Shown: positions 1 to 9,980 of the stretch, piece by piece | Numbering within the stretch: position 1 is the first letter of the stretch | How the letters are laid out: every line of letters starts with the position of its first letter | Assembly (NCBI GenBank): GCA_046563655.1 | Contig: CM102286.1 | Coordinates: forward strand, 14,756,001 to 14,820,000 | DNA length: 64,000 nt | DNA from: Yuukianura sp. NJ FZ-2021 | Lineage: Eukaryota | Direction of reading: 5' to 3' | Program-made: the position numbers and the translations under genes | Notes under the pieces: model-generated | Databases searched by the model: none | What the model was told of the DNA's origin: nothing | What the model saw: the letters and a program-made list of their open reading frames with translations, nothing else

Positions 1-1094
1 CACATTGCCAAACTCTACCAGCGTGAAGTGTTTAATGCATTTGAAGCTGCGAGGGAAGCGAACGCAAAGTACGAAAATACTGTTTGGGGCATAGCTCTGA
101 CCAGTTTCCTCTACATGGGACCCCGGAATGACCAAATTCTGCAGTTCTTAGAAACAAACCGACCACAAGCACGTCAATACGGACTCAAAATTGGCGTCAG
201 AATTGATTTTTGTGACCAAATCCTTCAGACGAACCTACTTGAAGAAGAGTACATGTAGTTCTTTATTTCAAAATTTTAACCTCTAAACCAAGGTTTTGAC
301 TAGGGATTTTCTTTAACAGGTTGGGTAATACCTCATATTTTTTTTCGATTTTGTAAGAAAAATTATCTTTTCATTTCGGTGCATCGTAGTTAACAATACA
401 CCCATTTTTTTTAAATTTTGCATACGAATTGGTATCAATTTTTTGGATTGGTACTAAATTCGCACGAATTTGTGTTTTTTTAACAAGCGAGGTAGTACTC
501 ACCCTGTTAAAGGAAATTAACTTTTCATTGTCAAGGAACCTTGCTCTAAACTATCTTTTTGAAATTGTCGTTTTGAGAACCTTTTTTTTTTGAAATGTCA
601 GACAAGGCCTTTATTCCGCCGTTCCATTGTCTCCCGAAGACCAACCTCTGTCAGATATTCAAAGAATTGCGCGCGCAGCGGATTTTGTGATATGCATTAA
701 TCAGCCTCCTGCGAATTTGGTGAGTCAAGGAGTAGAGGTCGCTGCGGAGTCATTGATGGCCGAAATGACGTTGATTCAGAAACTCATGAAACAAGAAAAC
801 GAGGTCATTGACCTCTGGTTTGAAACTGGCTGGCCAAGTGCCGGCATTAGTAGAAGTGGTTCAAAAAATACTGCCCGAAATCTACGAACTTATTGGAATT
901 TGATGTCCCAACTTGGTACCAAATTCAAAATTCATCTGTACATGTTCACTGCCTTTGATGAACCGTGGAAGATCAATCCCAAAGCAAACATCACTGATCC
1001 GCATGGTCCTAACGGTGCGGAATCACACTACGGTTGGTGGCGACTGCTGGACAACAATGACTTTTCGAAATTTGAAGAAAAAAAACTGCGGTAA
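1..1094 (+). CDS. 3' part of GH17 (beta-1,3-glucanase-like) gene, paralog of the RTK ectodomain, ending without TM/kinase (5' end outside window)
   Basis: Exons ~1-254 and 602-1094 closely parallel 3251-3623 and 4039-4529; motifs WFETGWPSAG and FTAFDEPWK...AESHYGWW; stop after FEEKKLR where the paralog splices to its TM exon. Confidence 0.8.
289..543. mobile_element. MITE, P-element type (CAAGG...CCTTG) in GH17 intron
   Basis: Inverted ends CAAGGTT/AACCTTG, subterminal TTAACAGG/CCTGTTAA, exact 8-bp TSD CTCTAAAC at 281-288 and 544-551. Confidence 0.8.
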
Positions 1095-2191
1095 AAATAC
1101 TGCGTACACCAAGTATACGATTCTGTCAACAGATTCTTTGTACACTGCATTTTTATGTGTAGCAATGCAACTGTGTAAATAAAATGCACTTTTCGCCTCC
1201 GCTGAAATCTGTAACATCTTTCGTCCACTTGAATCCGTAAAGTTTTTACATGTAACCAACTCCAGAACTTCACGGTAAGAAATACATGCAGCATACTCCT
1301 TCTTTTAGTTGTGTTTCCAATACATTCTGTCGTTACTTCTGCTATTGTCATCCGTTTTACAATTTTCCTGAAAATTGGGGTTTGAATTGATTTCAAAACG
1401 GCTGTAAGGGCTCCCCCGTATCCCCTGACGACAATTTCAAAATTTTCAAGGTCACTTAACTCCTCAAACGTTGTTGGCAAGTACTCTGGTGACCCTTTAA
1501 TCATGACATCAATTTCATCATCAATTTCTTGTTCAAAAAACGGCAGGGAAATAAAATTTATACCTTTGGAAAATAAAATTTTCCATGGAGGGGCATTGTT
1601 GCCTAGGGTTTTAACTCTGTGTTTACCTCTCCTTTTATTTCTGTTTTTATCTCTATTCGTATCTCTGTTTTTATCTCCGTTTTTATCATCGTTATCTGTG
1701 TTTATCCCAGACGTAACTTTGACTAAAACTATGTAAAATGGTAAAACTATTCCAAAACAAATTCCAACGAGTAAGAAAAATGCATCAATTTGAAAAGCGT
1801 TAAAACTTGAGGTTTTAACTGGAAACCGTGTACTTAAAACTACATTACCAGTTACAATTAAATGTGAAAAATAAGCAACTTTGAATCTACCTATGTGCTG
1901 TGCAAGCGTAGCAATATCAATATTTCCCTTAGCAATTTGTCCGATTACTCCCGAGTAAGTTCCATTCGTTAATTCAGTTCCATATTCCGTATCTGGATGA
2001 GTAGATATGGAACAATTTAGAGTTGATTTACATGCATCCAATACTGGACTGCATACCCCTCCATAGTATTCCCATTTCCCTTCATTTTGTTGAAAATTCA
2101 CCAAAACTGGATTTCTTTTAGACGTGGAATATCTTAGAGTCCTTCCATTCAAATTCCTTGTGTAATCTGGAAATAGCTGCTCAGAGGTCAT
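1085..2191 (-). pseudogene. Intronless ionotropic receptor (IR/iGluR-like) fragment, apparently frameshifted and 3'-truncated
   Basis: S1-like YGTELTNGTYSGVIGQIAKGNIDIA, M1 hydrophobic helix, PTTFEEL; the S2-like continuation appears in another frame (ORF 1023-1259); no clear second TM helix; no ATG start. Confidence 0.6.
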
Positions 2192-2561
2192 TGACCTTTC
2201 TAATTTTTAGTTTTGACATTATAAGATACATTACTTTTGTATTTGTCAAATACAAACACAATTCGAATCCAACTTCTTAATTTGAAATTAATTAGAAATG
2301 AACCGCTAAATATTTATTTTGTGAAACTCCAAGTTTTGTTCAAACCACAAAACTTTCAACAGAAAAATCAATGAAGGAAGAAAGGAAGGAAGTGCGGTTT
2401 CAAGTTCCGTGAAAATTCAATGTCAAAACTGAAATTTCCAGTATAAAATGAAACTTTCCTCAAAAACAAATTACGTCTAGTTTGTAAATTTAGTTAAATT
2501 CTCTGTTTGCTTTTACGGAAACCCAGAGTTAATTTTTTACTTTTCGTAAGCAAGTCCAAGC

Positions 2562-5500
2562 ATGATTTCTTTCCTGGTAGTTTTGCTGCATGCACTTTGT
2601 CAAAGTTTAGAAACCGTAATTAACAAACTAGAAAAACAATTAATAATTAATGATAATAATTAATTAAATACATAATGTAATATAATAAATAGATTGCTTT
2701 GACTGATTTGGCTGGTCCGTCGTCGTTCAATTTGACCTACACTGGCGTAGTTTTTGGTCCATACGTTAAAAACCGATTGTCCGATGGCAGTACGCCGAAT
2801 TGGAAAAGTTACTCGGAAGAGGAACTCAGTGCTCTACTCAAATTAACTTCAACCAAATTCAAGCATATCACAACATATGGAATGGGCGTTGGCGGTAAGA
2901 TCCAAAATTTTATCAAAATATCAAATTTTGAAACCAGATGAACCAAGGTTTCTTGACAACGCAAAGTAAATTTTATTAACAGGTTGGGTGTACTACCTCG
3001 CTTGTTGGCAAAAAATTAGTACTAATCCGGAAAATCGGTACCAATTCGTACGCAAAATTTAAAAAAATTAGCTGTATGACTACGATGCCCTGAAATGAAA
3101 AGATACTTTTTTTTACAAAATCGAATAAACCTGAGGTATTACCCAACCTTTTTTTTTGGATAAAAAAACAGGTTTCTTTAATAGTTTACCCAACCTGTTA
3201 AAGAAAATCAAAAGTCAACACACCTTGAGTTTAATAGTGAACCATTTTAGATCCGAATGGCCACTGGCGTCATGGAGACCGCGCTGGACTCGTGCCGTTT
3301 CTGTCAGCGGTGCACAACTCTAACAACACCAACCGCAAGTTGTCCGTGTCTATTGGGGTTTGGCACAACCAGGATCCCAAACTCTACCAACGTGAAGTGT
3401 TTAATGCATTTGAAACTGCGAAAGAAGCGAACGCCCAGTATGAAAATACTGTGTGGGGCATAGCTCTGTCCAGTTTAACGTACTTGGGCCACAGTAATGG
3501 ACAAATTCTCCAGTTCTTAGAAACAAACCGACCACAAGCACGCCAAAATCGACTCCAAATTGGCGTCAGAATTGAATTTTGTAACCAAATCATTCCGACG
3601 CAACTACCTGAACAGGAGTACATGTAGTTCCTTATTTCAAAATTTTAACCTCTAAACATAAGGTTCCTAAAGCAACGAAGTAGTTTTCCTTTAACAGGCT
3701 TGGCAATAAGTTTACAAAAAATCCCGCCCCGAACAATTTTTCCGTAGAGTTGTCAAGGCGATTTTTCGTTTTGTTTCTTTTAACGTTAAAAGACAAAAAA
3801 TCGAAAATTGCCCTGACAACTCTATGATTTTTTCCGGGTTTTCCGTCAATCCCATTTGATTACATATAAATCATTGCCATATGAAGGCACGGTGAAGCAT
3901 GTTTTGCTAATTTCTTAACAAAATTTAAAAAGTTCTAGTTATTGCCTAACCTGTTGAAGAAAAAACTATTTTCTTGTTGAGGAACCTTGCTCTAAACATT
4001 CTTTTTGAAATTGTCGCATATTTGTTGTTTGAAATTAGACAAGGCCTTCATTCCGCCGTTCCATTGTCTCCCGAAGACCAACCTCTGTCAGATATCCAAA
4101 GAATTGCGCGCGCAGCGGATTTTGTAATATGCATTAATCAGCCCCCTGCGAATTTGGTGAGTCAAGGAGTAGAGGTCGCTGCGGAGTCATTGATGGCCGA
4201 ACTGACCTTGATTGAGAAACTGATGAAAAAAGAAAACGAGGTCATTCACCTTTGGTTTGAAACTGGCTGGCCAAGTGCCGGGATTAGTCAGAGTGGTTCA
4301 AAAAATAGTGGTCGGAATTTACGAACTTTTTGGAATTACATGAACCAACTTGGCGCCAAATCCAAAATTCATCTCTACATGTTCACTGCTTTTGATGAAC
4401 CGTGGAAGATCAATTTAAAAAAAAATATCACTGATCCGCATGACGGTCCTAACGGTGCAGAATCACACTACGGTTGGTGGCGACTGCTGGACAACAATGA
4501 TTTTTCAAAGTTTGAAGAAAAAGTGGCCGGTAACAGAACAATTTTTTCACACAAGCTTCATCTTTAGTTCAAAATTTTGAAAATTTCAACATTTTCCCAA
4601 ATTTCAAGATTTTCATAATTTTTTTTAGAACCGGAGGAATTTAAGGAATTTAGTTTGCCCGGGGGAGCTGTAGCGGGAATAGTCATTGCCGTTTTGACTC
4701 CGGTCATAGTTTTTTTGGTTTGGCGGTTGTATAAAGCCAGAGTAAGGTTTCAAAATTTTGAAAATTCGTCCAAAATTTTATACTTTTTCATTTTTTCGAA
4801 AATAGAAAACTATTGAACGCATTAGTGAGAAAGACATCAAGGATTTCATGGAGGGAATGACAGGAAGTGGAAAAGGAGATTCGGTAGATGTCGCTCTCCA
4901 GGTTCCGTACGACAGAAGCTACGAATTGTCCAAAGCGGACTTTGTTATCGGTTAGTTTTAAAATTTGTAAGTTTCAAAATTTAAAATTTGAAAAACTCTA
5001 AATTTTAAGTTTTTTTTTAGATGAGTCAGATATTCTTGGGAGTGGTGCTTTTGGTGTTGTACATAAAGGAAAAATCACTGGAATCGATGGAATCGTTGCA
5101 TTTAAAAGACCAAACAAAGACATTTCAGTGGCACAACTCAAAAATTTGCTATCCGAAATCAAAATTATGATTTACATTGGACGGCACGAAAACATCGTCG
5201 TGCTACTCGGGGCTTACACGGAACAAATTAGAGAAGGTAAACTTTTTTGAAAAATTTTGAATTTTTGAACTTTTTGAAATTTTGATTCTAGGTGTGGTGT
5301 ACATTGCCTCTGAATGTTGTTCACTCGGGAGCTTGGAATCCCATTTGCGAAGTATTCCAAGAACGTTTACAACAGTTGCTTATGAAAATATTACCAAAAC
5401 ACAACCAAATTCAAGTGATCCTTATGAAAATATGACCAAAACACAACCGAATTCACGTGATGTCAGATATGTCAACTGTGACCGGTAAAATTTTGACTTT

Positions 5501-6553
5501 GACTTTGTTCAAACATGTTTGAACAGGATTTTCAAATTTTGAATTTTTAGAAAACCGGTTGAAATTACAACGACTGTTCCGACCTTGAGCTTGTACAAAT
5601 GGTCATTTCAAATTGCAAGTGGCATGGAATACTTAGCCAGCAAAAGAGTAAGCATCGATTCCTAAAGTTTTTCTTAAGTATTGACCTTTGACCTTCTGAC
5701 TGATTTTGACCCTGGTCTTCGCCTTTTTGACTGACGTTGACCATGACCTTTGCTTTTTGGCTGATTTCTACTTTTGACCTCTGCTTTTAATGCTGATTGG
5801 GAACTGCCGCTCGCTACAGAATGAGGATTGCTAGGAAGACATCAACTGGGACTGACAGCTCGAGGGTTAGAGCGCTACCCGGATTGAAGAGATGCGGGTT
5901 CGAGTCCCACTCTGTTCCTTATTTTTTCCAACCTCTCGTTCTTTTTCTCTCAAATGATGTGACCACTGAACTTCACATCAACCTTGACCTTTGACCTTTG
6001 CTTTTCTCTGCTTCTAAAGGTCGTTCACGCGGACTTGGCCACCCGAAATGTTCTTTTGACTGAGAACGGGACTGCCAAAATCTCTGATTTCGGCCTTTCC
6101 CGCCGGCTGTATGAGTACACACAGTATGTCAAGTGCAGTCAAGAACCGTTGCCATGGCGATGGATGGCGATCGAATCTCTGCGCAGTCTCGCTTTTTCGA
6201 CCGAGTCAGACGTTTGGTCATTCGGAGTCACCGTGTGGGAGATATTCTCTCTCGGAGATATGCCTTATCCCGGATTATCTTGGGATATCACCTTTGTAGA
6301 ACAATTGGAACGCGGATTGCGTATGCAACTCCCAAAATACGCGACAAATCCAATGTAAAACATAATCCATAAACATAATTTCCTTTTTGATTTATATATT
6401 TTAATTATATGTAAACACATTTTATTTACTTTTTATAGTTATGAACAGATGACGCGATGTTGGAACATTGATCCGAAGGCTCGTCCAAGTTTTACTGAGC
6501 TCAAAGCATTTTTTGAACTTTTGACCTTCGAAGAACAAAAACTAAATTGTTAG
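2562..6553 (+). CDS. Receptor tyrosine kinase with GH17 glycoside-hydrolase-like ectodomain (PVR/VEGFR-like kinase, non-RD)
   Basis: In-frame GT-AG exons 2562-2615 (signal peptide MISFLVVLLHALCQS), 2693-2894, 3251-3623, 4039-4529 (GH17), 4629-4741 (TM AVAGIVIAVLTPVIVFLVW), 4806-4950, 5021-5236 (GSGAFG, VAFK), 5292-5484, 5551-5647, 6020-6354 (HADLATRN, DFG, LPWRWMAIE, SDVWSFG), 6439-6553. Confidence 0.88.
2944..3227. mobile_element. MITE, same subfamily as 289-543, opposite orientation
   Basis: CAAGGTT...CACCTTG ends; interior is the approximate reverse complement of 289-543 (gtactacctcgcttgtt, ccaattcgta, gaggtattacccaacct). Confidence 0.75.
3659..3989. mobile_element. MITE, P-type ends, second internal subfamily
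   Basis: (T)AAGGTTCC...GGAACCTTG flanked by CTCTAAAC on both sides; interior shared with 54793-54999. Confidence 0.75.
5845..5930 (+). mobile_element. tRNA-derived SINE-like element / tRNA pseudogene in RTK intron
   Basis: A-box-like CAGCTCGAGGG, B-box GGTTCGAGTCC, T-run terminator; anticodon stem does not pair; related copies at 36695-36780 and 63605-63680. Confidence 0.65.
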
Positions 6554-6981
6554 TGCCCAACTTACAATGCAAAATTGAAGTAAAAAGTGAATTGACATAT
6601 ATAAATACATAAAAATAAGCAAATAAATAAGTCAAATAAAAATAAGTTAATCATATACTTGGAATTCGTCTGGTTCAACATAAGACAGACAGACGGACGA
6701 TGTCAAACCAGTAAGTAGCTTTCCCTACTTAACTAATCACCACTCAATTTGATATTCAGATTCAAATTTAGATGGGTCAACATAAGAGTAAAAGAAAGGA
6801 TACTCGTAACTGCGTAGTCGCATTTGCTGGAAACTGTTTTGCATGAGTGGTTCTTTTGGTAAGACTTTTCCAGTCAAGTGCCCCGAGGTGAGTGAGCCCT
6901 TAAGTGACCTCTGGTGGTCACAAACTCCAAATCCACCTTCCACTTTCCTGAGGTGTCTCAGCACTTTGAGTTTGGGGAACA

Positions 6982-8072
6982 CATAGAGTAACCATGACGA
7001 TTCGATTTTTTTTTCTTTTAACTAGAGTGGACATAAGGCATTTTTTCAACAAAATTTTTGAAACATTTCCAAAGCGAAGAAAAAACCGTTTTCATCTCAA
7101 GTTTAAGCCAGGTTCACACAACGATGAATTGCAGGTACCATTTTACCATTACCATTAACTACTTAAAACTATTTAGAATTAAGTGAGATTTTATTTCACA
7201 AGAGAGTTTAAATTCGCGAATCGGAAATACTCCGGATCTAACATTACTGACCTCTGAAAATTACAGTTTTGTTGCAAGAGTTACGAATACGTAATGGCCC
7301 TATCTTAGAAACCACGCTATCCCTCTTTCTCCCTCCTCTTATACCTCCAGCTTCCAACTAGTGGAGGGCAGGCGAGAAGAGAAATTGTCAAAACTCAACT
7401 CAATGTAAGAGTTTTGCACATTACTCGAAGTTTTACGGTAACCGTGGGAGGAGTGAAATGAGAAGAGCCAATCAGAGGAGTTTCTAAGATAAGGCCATTA
7501 CTGTAGTAGTTGGGTTTAGCTTAATGGTTTCCTGTTTGGCTATGTAATGAAACCTAATCTTACAGTATTGTCTAATGACCAAGCGAAGCAAAGTAAGCAC
7601 GTGTGAAAACTCAAAAGTGTGTTCATCCATGCTGATCATCCTCAATTCTCCGAAGATGTCCCCTTCCTGAAGAGTTTGGAGGGTGACAACGTTAAGTATT
7701 AGTAATCAGAATTAGGAAATAGTAACTTTAATTTAACTTTTTCGAAAGCAATTTTAGCAGGAGGACGAATTGTTGGGTTGCTGTCACCACTTCTAGGCAT
7801 ACTATTAGTCACCAGTTTTATCGTGACAGATATGGGCGGATATTTTGTCTCAAAACCCTTGCTTTTCGCAATTTTATTCATAATTTTAGAAATTTTGAAG
7901 GCTGAAAATCTAAATTTCATTTTTTGTGTGAACCTTGCTTAAACTTCGGATGAAAGCGGTTTTTTACCTCTTTTAACCTCTTTTAATTTGTTTCAAAAAT
8001 TTTGTTGAAAAAATGCCTTATGTCCACTCTAGTTAAAAGAAAAAAAAATCGAATCGTCATGGTTACTCTATG
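6982..8072. mobile_element. Non-autonomous DNA transposon with long TIRs (CATAGAGTAACC...), P-element type
   Basis: Near-perfect TIR of ~85 bp, degenerate out to ~140 bp; exact 8-bp TSD GGGGAACA (6974-6981, 8073-8080); paralogs show the empty site; no transposase ORF. Confidence 0.92.
7291..7501. mobile_element. Small inverted-repeat element nested in the 6982-8072 transposon
   Basis: GTAATGGCCCTATCTTAGAAAC ... GTTTCTAAGATAAGGCCATTAC (21/22 inverted match). Confidence 0.6.
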
Positions 8073-9980
8073 GGGGAACATGCCCATCACTTGGTTTAGT
8101 TCCGGAGAGAGACAGGCCGTTGTCATGGAAATAACGAGGAATTCCAGCTGAGGGATTTCAATCGGAACGCCATTTTCGTCTTTCCCCGGGAACATTTGTG
8201 TGAATTCTTCTGTACTTTCTACAAACGGAACGGAAATGCATGTGAGTGATTTGAGACATGGCAAAACCGAACTAAACCTTTCAGATCCACCCTGACAACC
8301 AAACAAAAGTTAAAATTTTGAATTTTTTTTTGAAATTTTGAATTGTGCATATGATTGCTTACCAGAAACAGAAGTCGGAGGCTCATGACATCGCTGAGTC
8401 GAGTATCAGTTAGGTCGAATGTCAACCTATGGATGATGCTCAACTCTTCCATTGCTGGCATCACTGGCATTTCATTTTTGAAAACGGTTTTGTGCTCAGT
8501 TAGGTTGTGCAAAAATAGTTGGCAAATCCTCAAAGTCTTTGCATATGGCAAGATTGTTTTGGGAACGAAGGGTTCGCGTACAGGAAAATCGTATTCGTCC
8601 ATCCTTATCCACGCATCATGACTGTAGGTTGTGACTGTCAAGTACTTGAGTGGTCTCGGCAGAGGAGTGAAACAAATGTCATTAATAAGATTGACACGAA
8701 TTCCCTCCAGAGTCCGAAATGCAAGGTCATCAAGGTCACAAATAGTTTTGAGAGCTTTCAAACACGGGCGGACTTTGTTTCTATGGCGATCTAAATACGG
8801 AAAGTACAGAGGATACGAACTCAAGTCCAGAAAACGCAATCGGTGCTCGAATACTTTCAAAAAGTGAATGTAGGATTCCAGTGTCCATTGCTCGTCTGGA
8901 TACTCATGGCCAGTCTACAACAAAACAAATTTTTAAACAGTTCACTTTTTGTCAATTTTTTTTTTAAAGTTTTCAAATTTTAGCTAAAAAATTACAAATA
9001 TTGCTTCTGCGTGTTCATGTTTCACAAATAGGCGAAATCCGAGTGACTGGAAAGTTGGCGGGAGTTTGAGATTGAGCGGGAGACTTTGAACTGCTTCGTC
9101 CGTGGAGTTGACCAGCACAAGAGCGAGTTTGCGCAGATGAGTGGTTTGGGTTAAAATGTTGACGAGGAATCCAGCATCTCCAGCATCCCGCAGCATCAGT
9201 TCCAAGTACAGTTCAGTTGTGATGTTGGTCGTTGCTAAGGGCTGCAGCAACATTTTGGAAATGCAATCAACGTACAACTCACAATTCTTTTGCGTAAAGT
9301 ATGGTTTGAAGAGCACTGGGATCTGTTTATCCCCGCAGTAGTAGCCTCTGTCGCATGGCCAAGGATATTTCATGAGCAGAGACAGTTTGAGTGTGTGCCT
9401 GATGTGATGTTCGGCTAAAAATTGCGCAACTTCTTCCAAAGTTGCAAGTGAAGAGGGTTCATGTGGCACGAGAACTTTTTGGCTGAAGGCCCTCCCCCCT
9501 GCGAAGGCCCAACTTTTGCACACGAATCGCGCTGATTTCAAATCAACCAAATCCAAGTAGCTCAACACTTCATCCAAAACCTGGAAAATACAAACAATTT
9601 TGAGACTTACTGAAGAGGAGGAAATTTTTTGTTTCAAAAATTTCAATTTCTACCTCCAGATTACTGTTCAACTTTTCCTGAGCACTTGATTCCATTGCCA
9701 TCACTTTCAGCAAATGAATGAAACACTTTAATGTTTCTCTTTTTGTTTTGAATTTTGTAAAAGTAGTTTTATTTTTACTTTTGAGAAACTTTCCCTCTCC
9801 TTGTGCTCATTTTCCATTTCGAATGAAAATCAATAACTTTCTCTACAAGGGCTTCTCTAATCCACTGAATTTGCTTATTCTGGTTTTTCATTTTGAAGCT
9901 GCAGTTTTGGATTTCCGTAAATAACCAAAATTTGAAGCAAAAAATTAAATTAATCATTTTATTATCAATTATTTAAATTA

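Larger units (their letters stand above)
6737..9701 (-). pseudogene. F-box protein gene copy A, last exon interrupted by a transposon
   Basis: F-box-like VLDEVLSYLDLVDLKSARFVCKSW; paralogous to copies B and C; insertion 6982-8072 splits MGMFP|KLKVLRH. Confidence 0.75.

Noticed and set aside
5680..5790. Clustered TGACC(T) motifs as nuclear-receptor elements
   Set aside because: The motif is frequent throughout the window, including coding DNA; no specific support
5845..5930. Functional tRNA-Arg(CCG) gene
   Set aside because: Acceptor and anticodon stems do not pair convincingly; diverged dispersed copies suggest a SINE or pseudogene
7699..7920. Transposase ORF inside the 6982-8072 element
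   Set aside because: Only 73 aa, with no THAP or DDE features; element is non-autonomous
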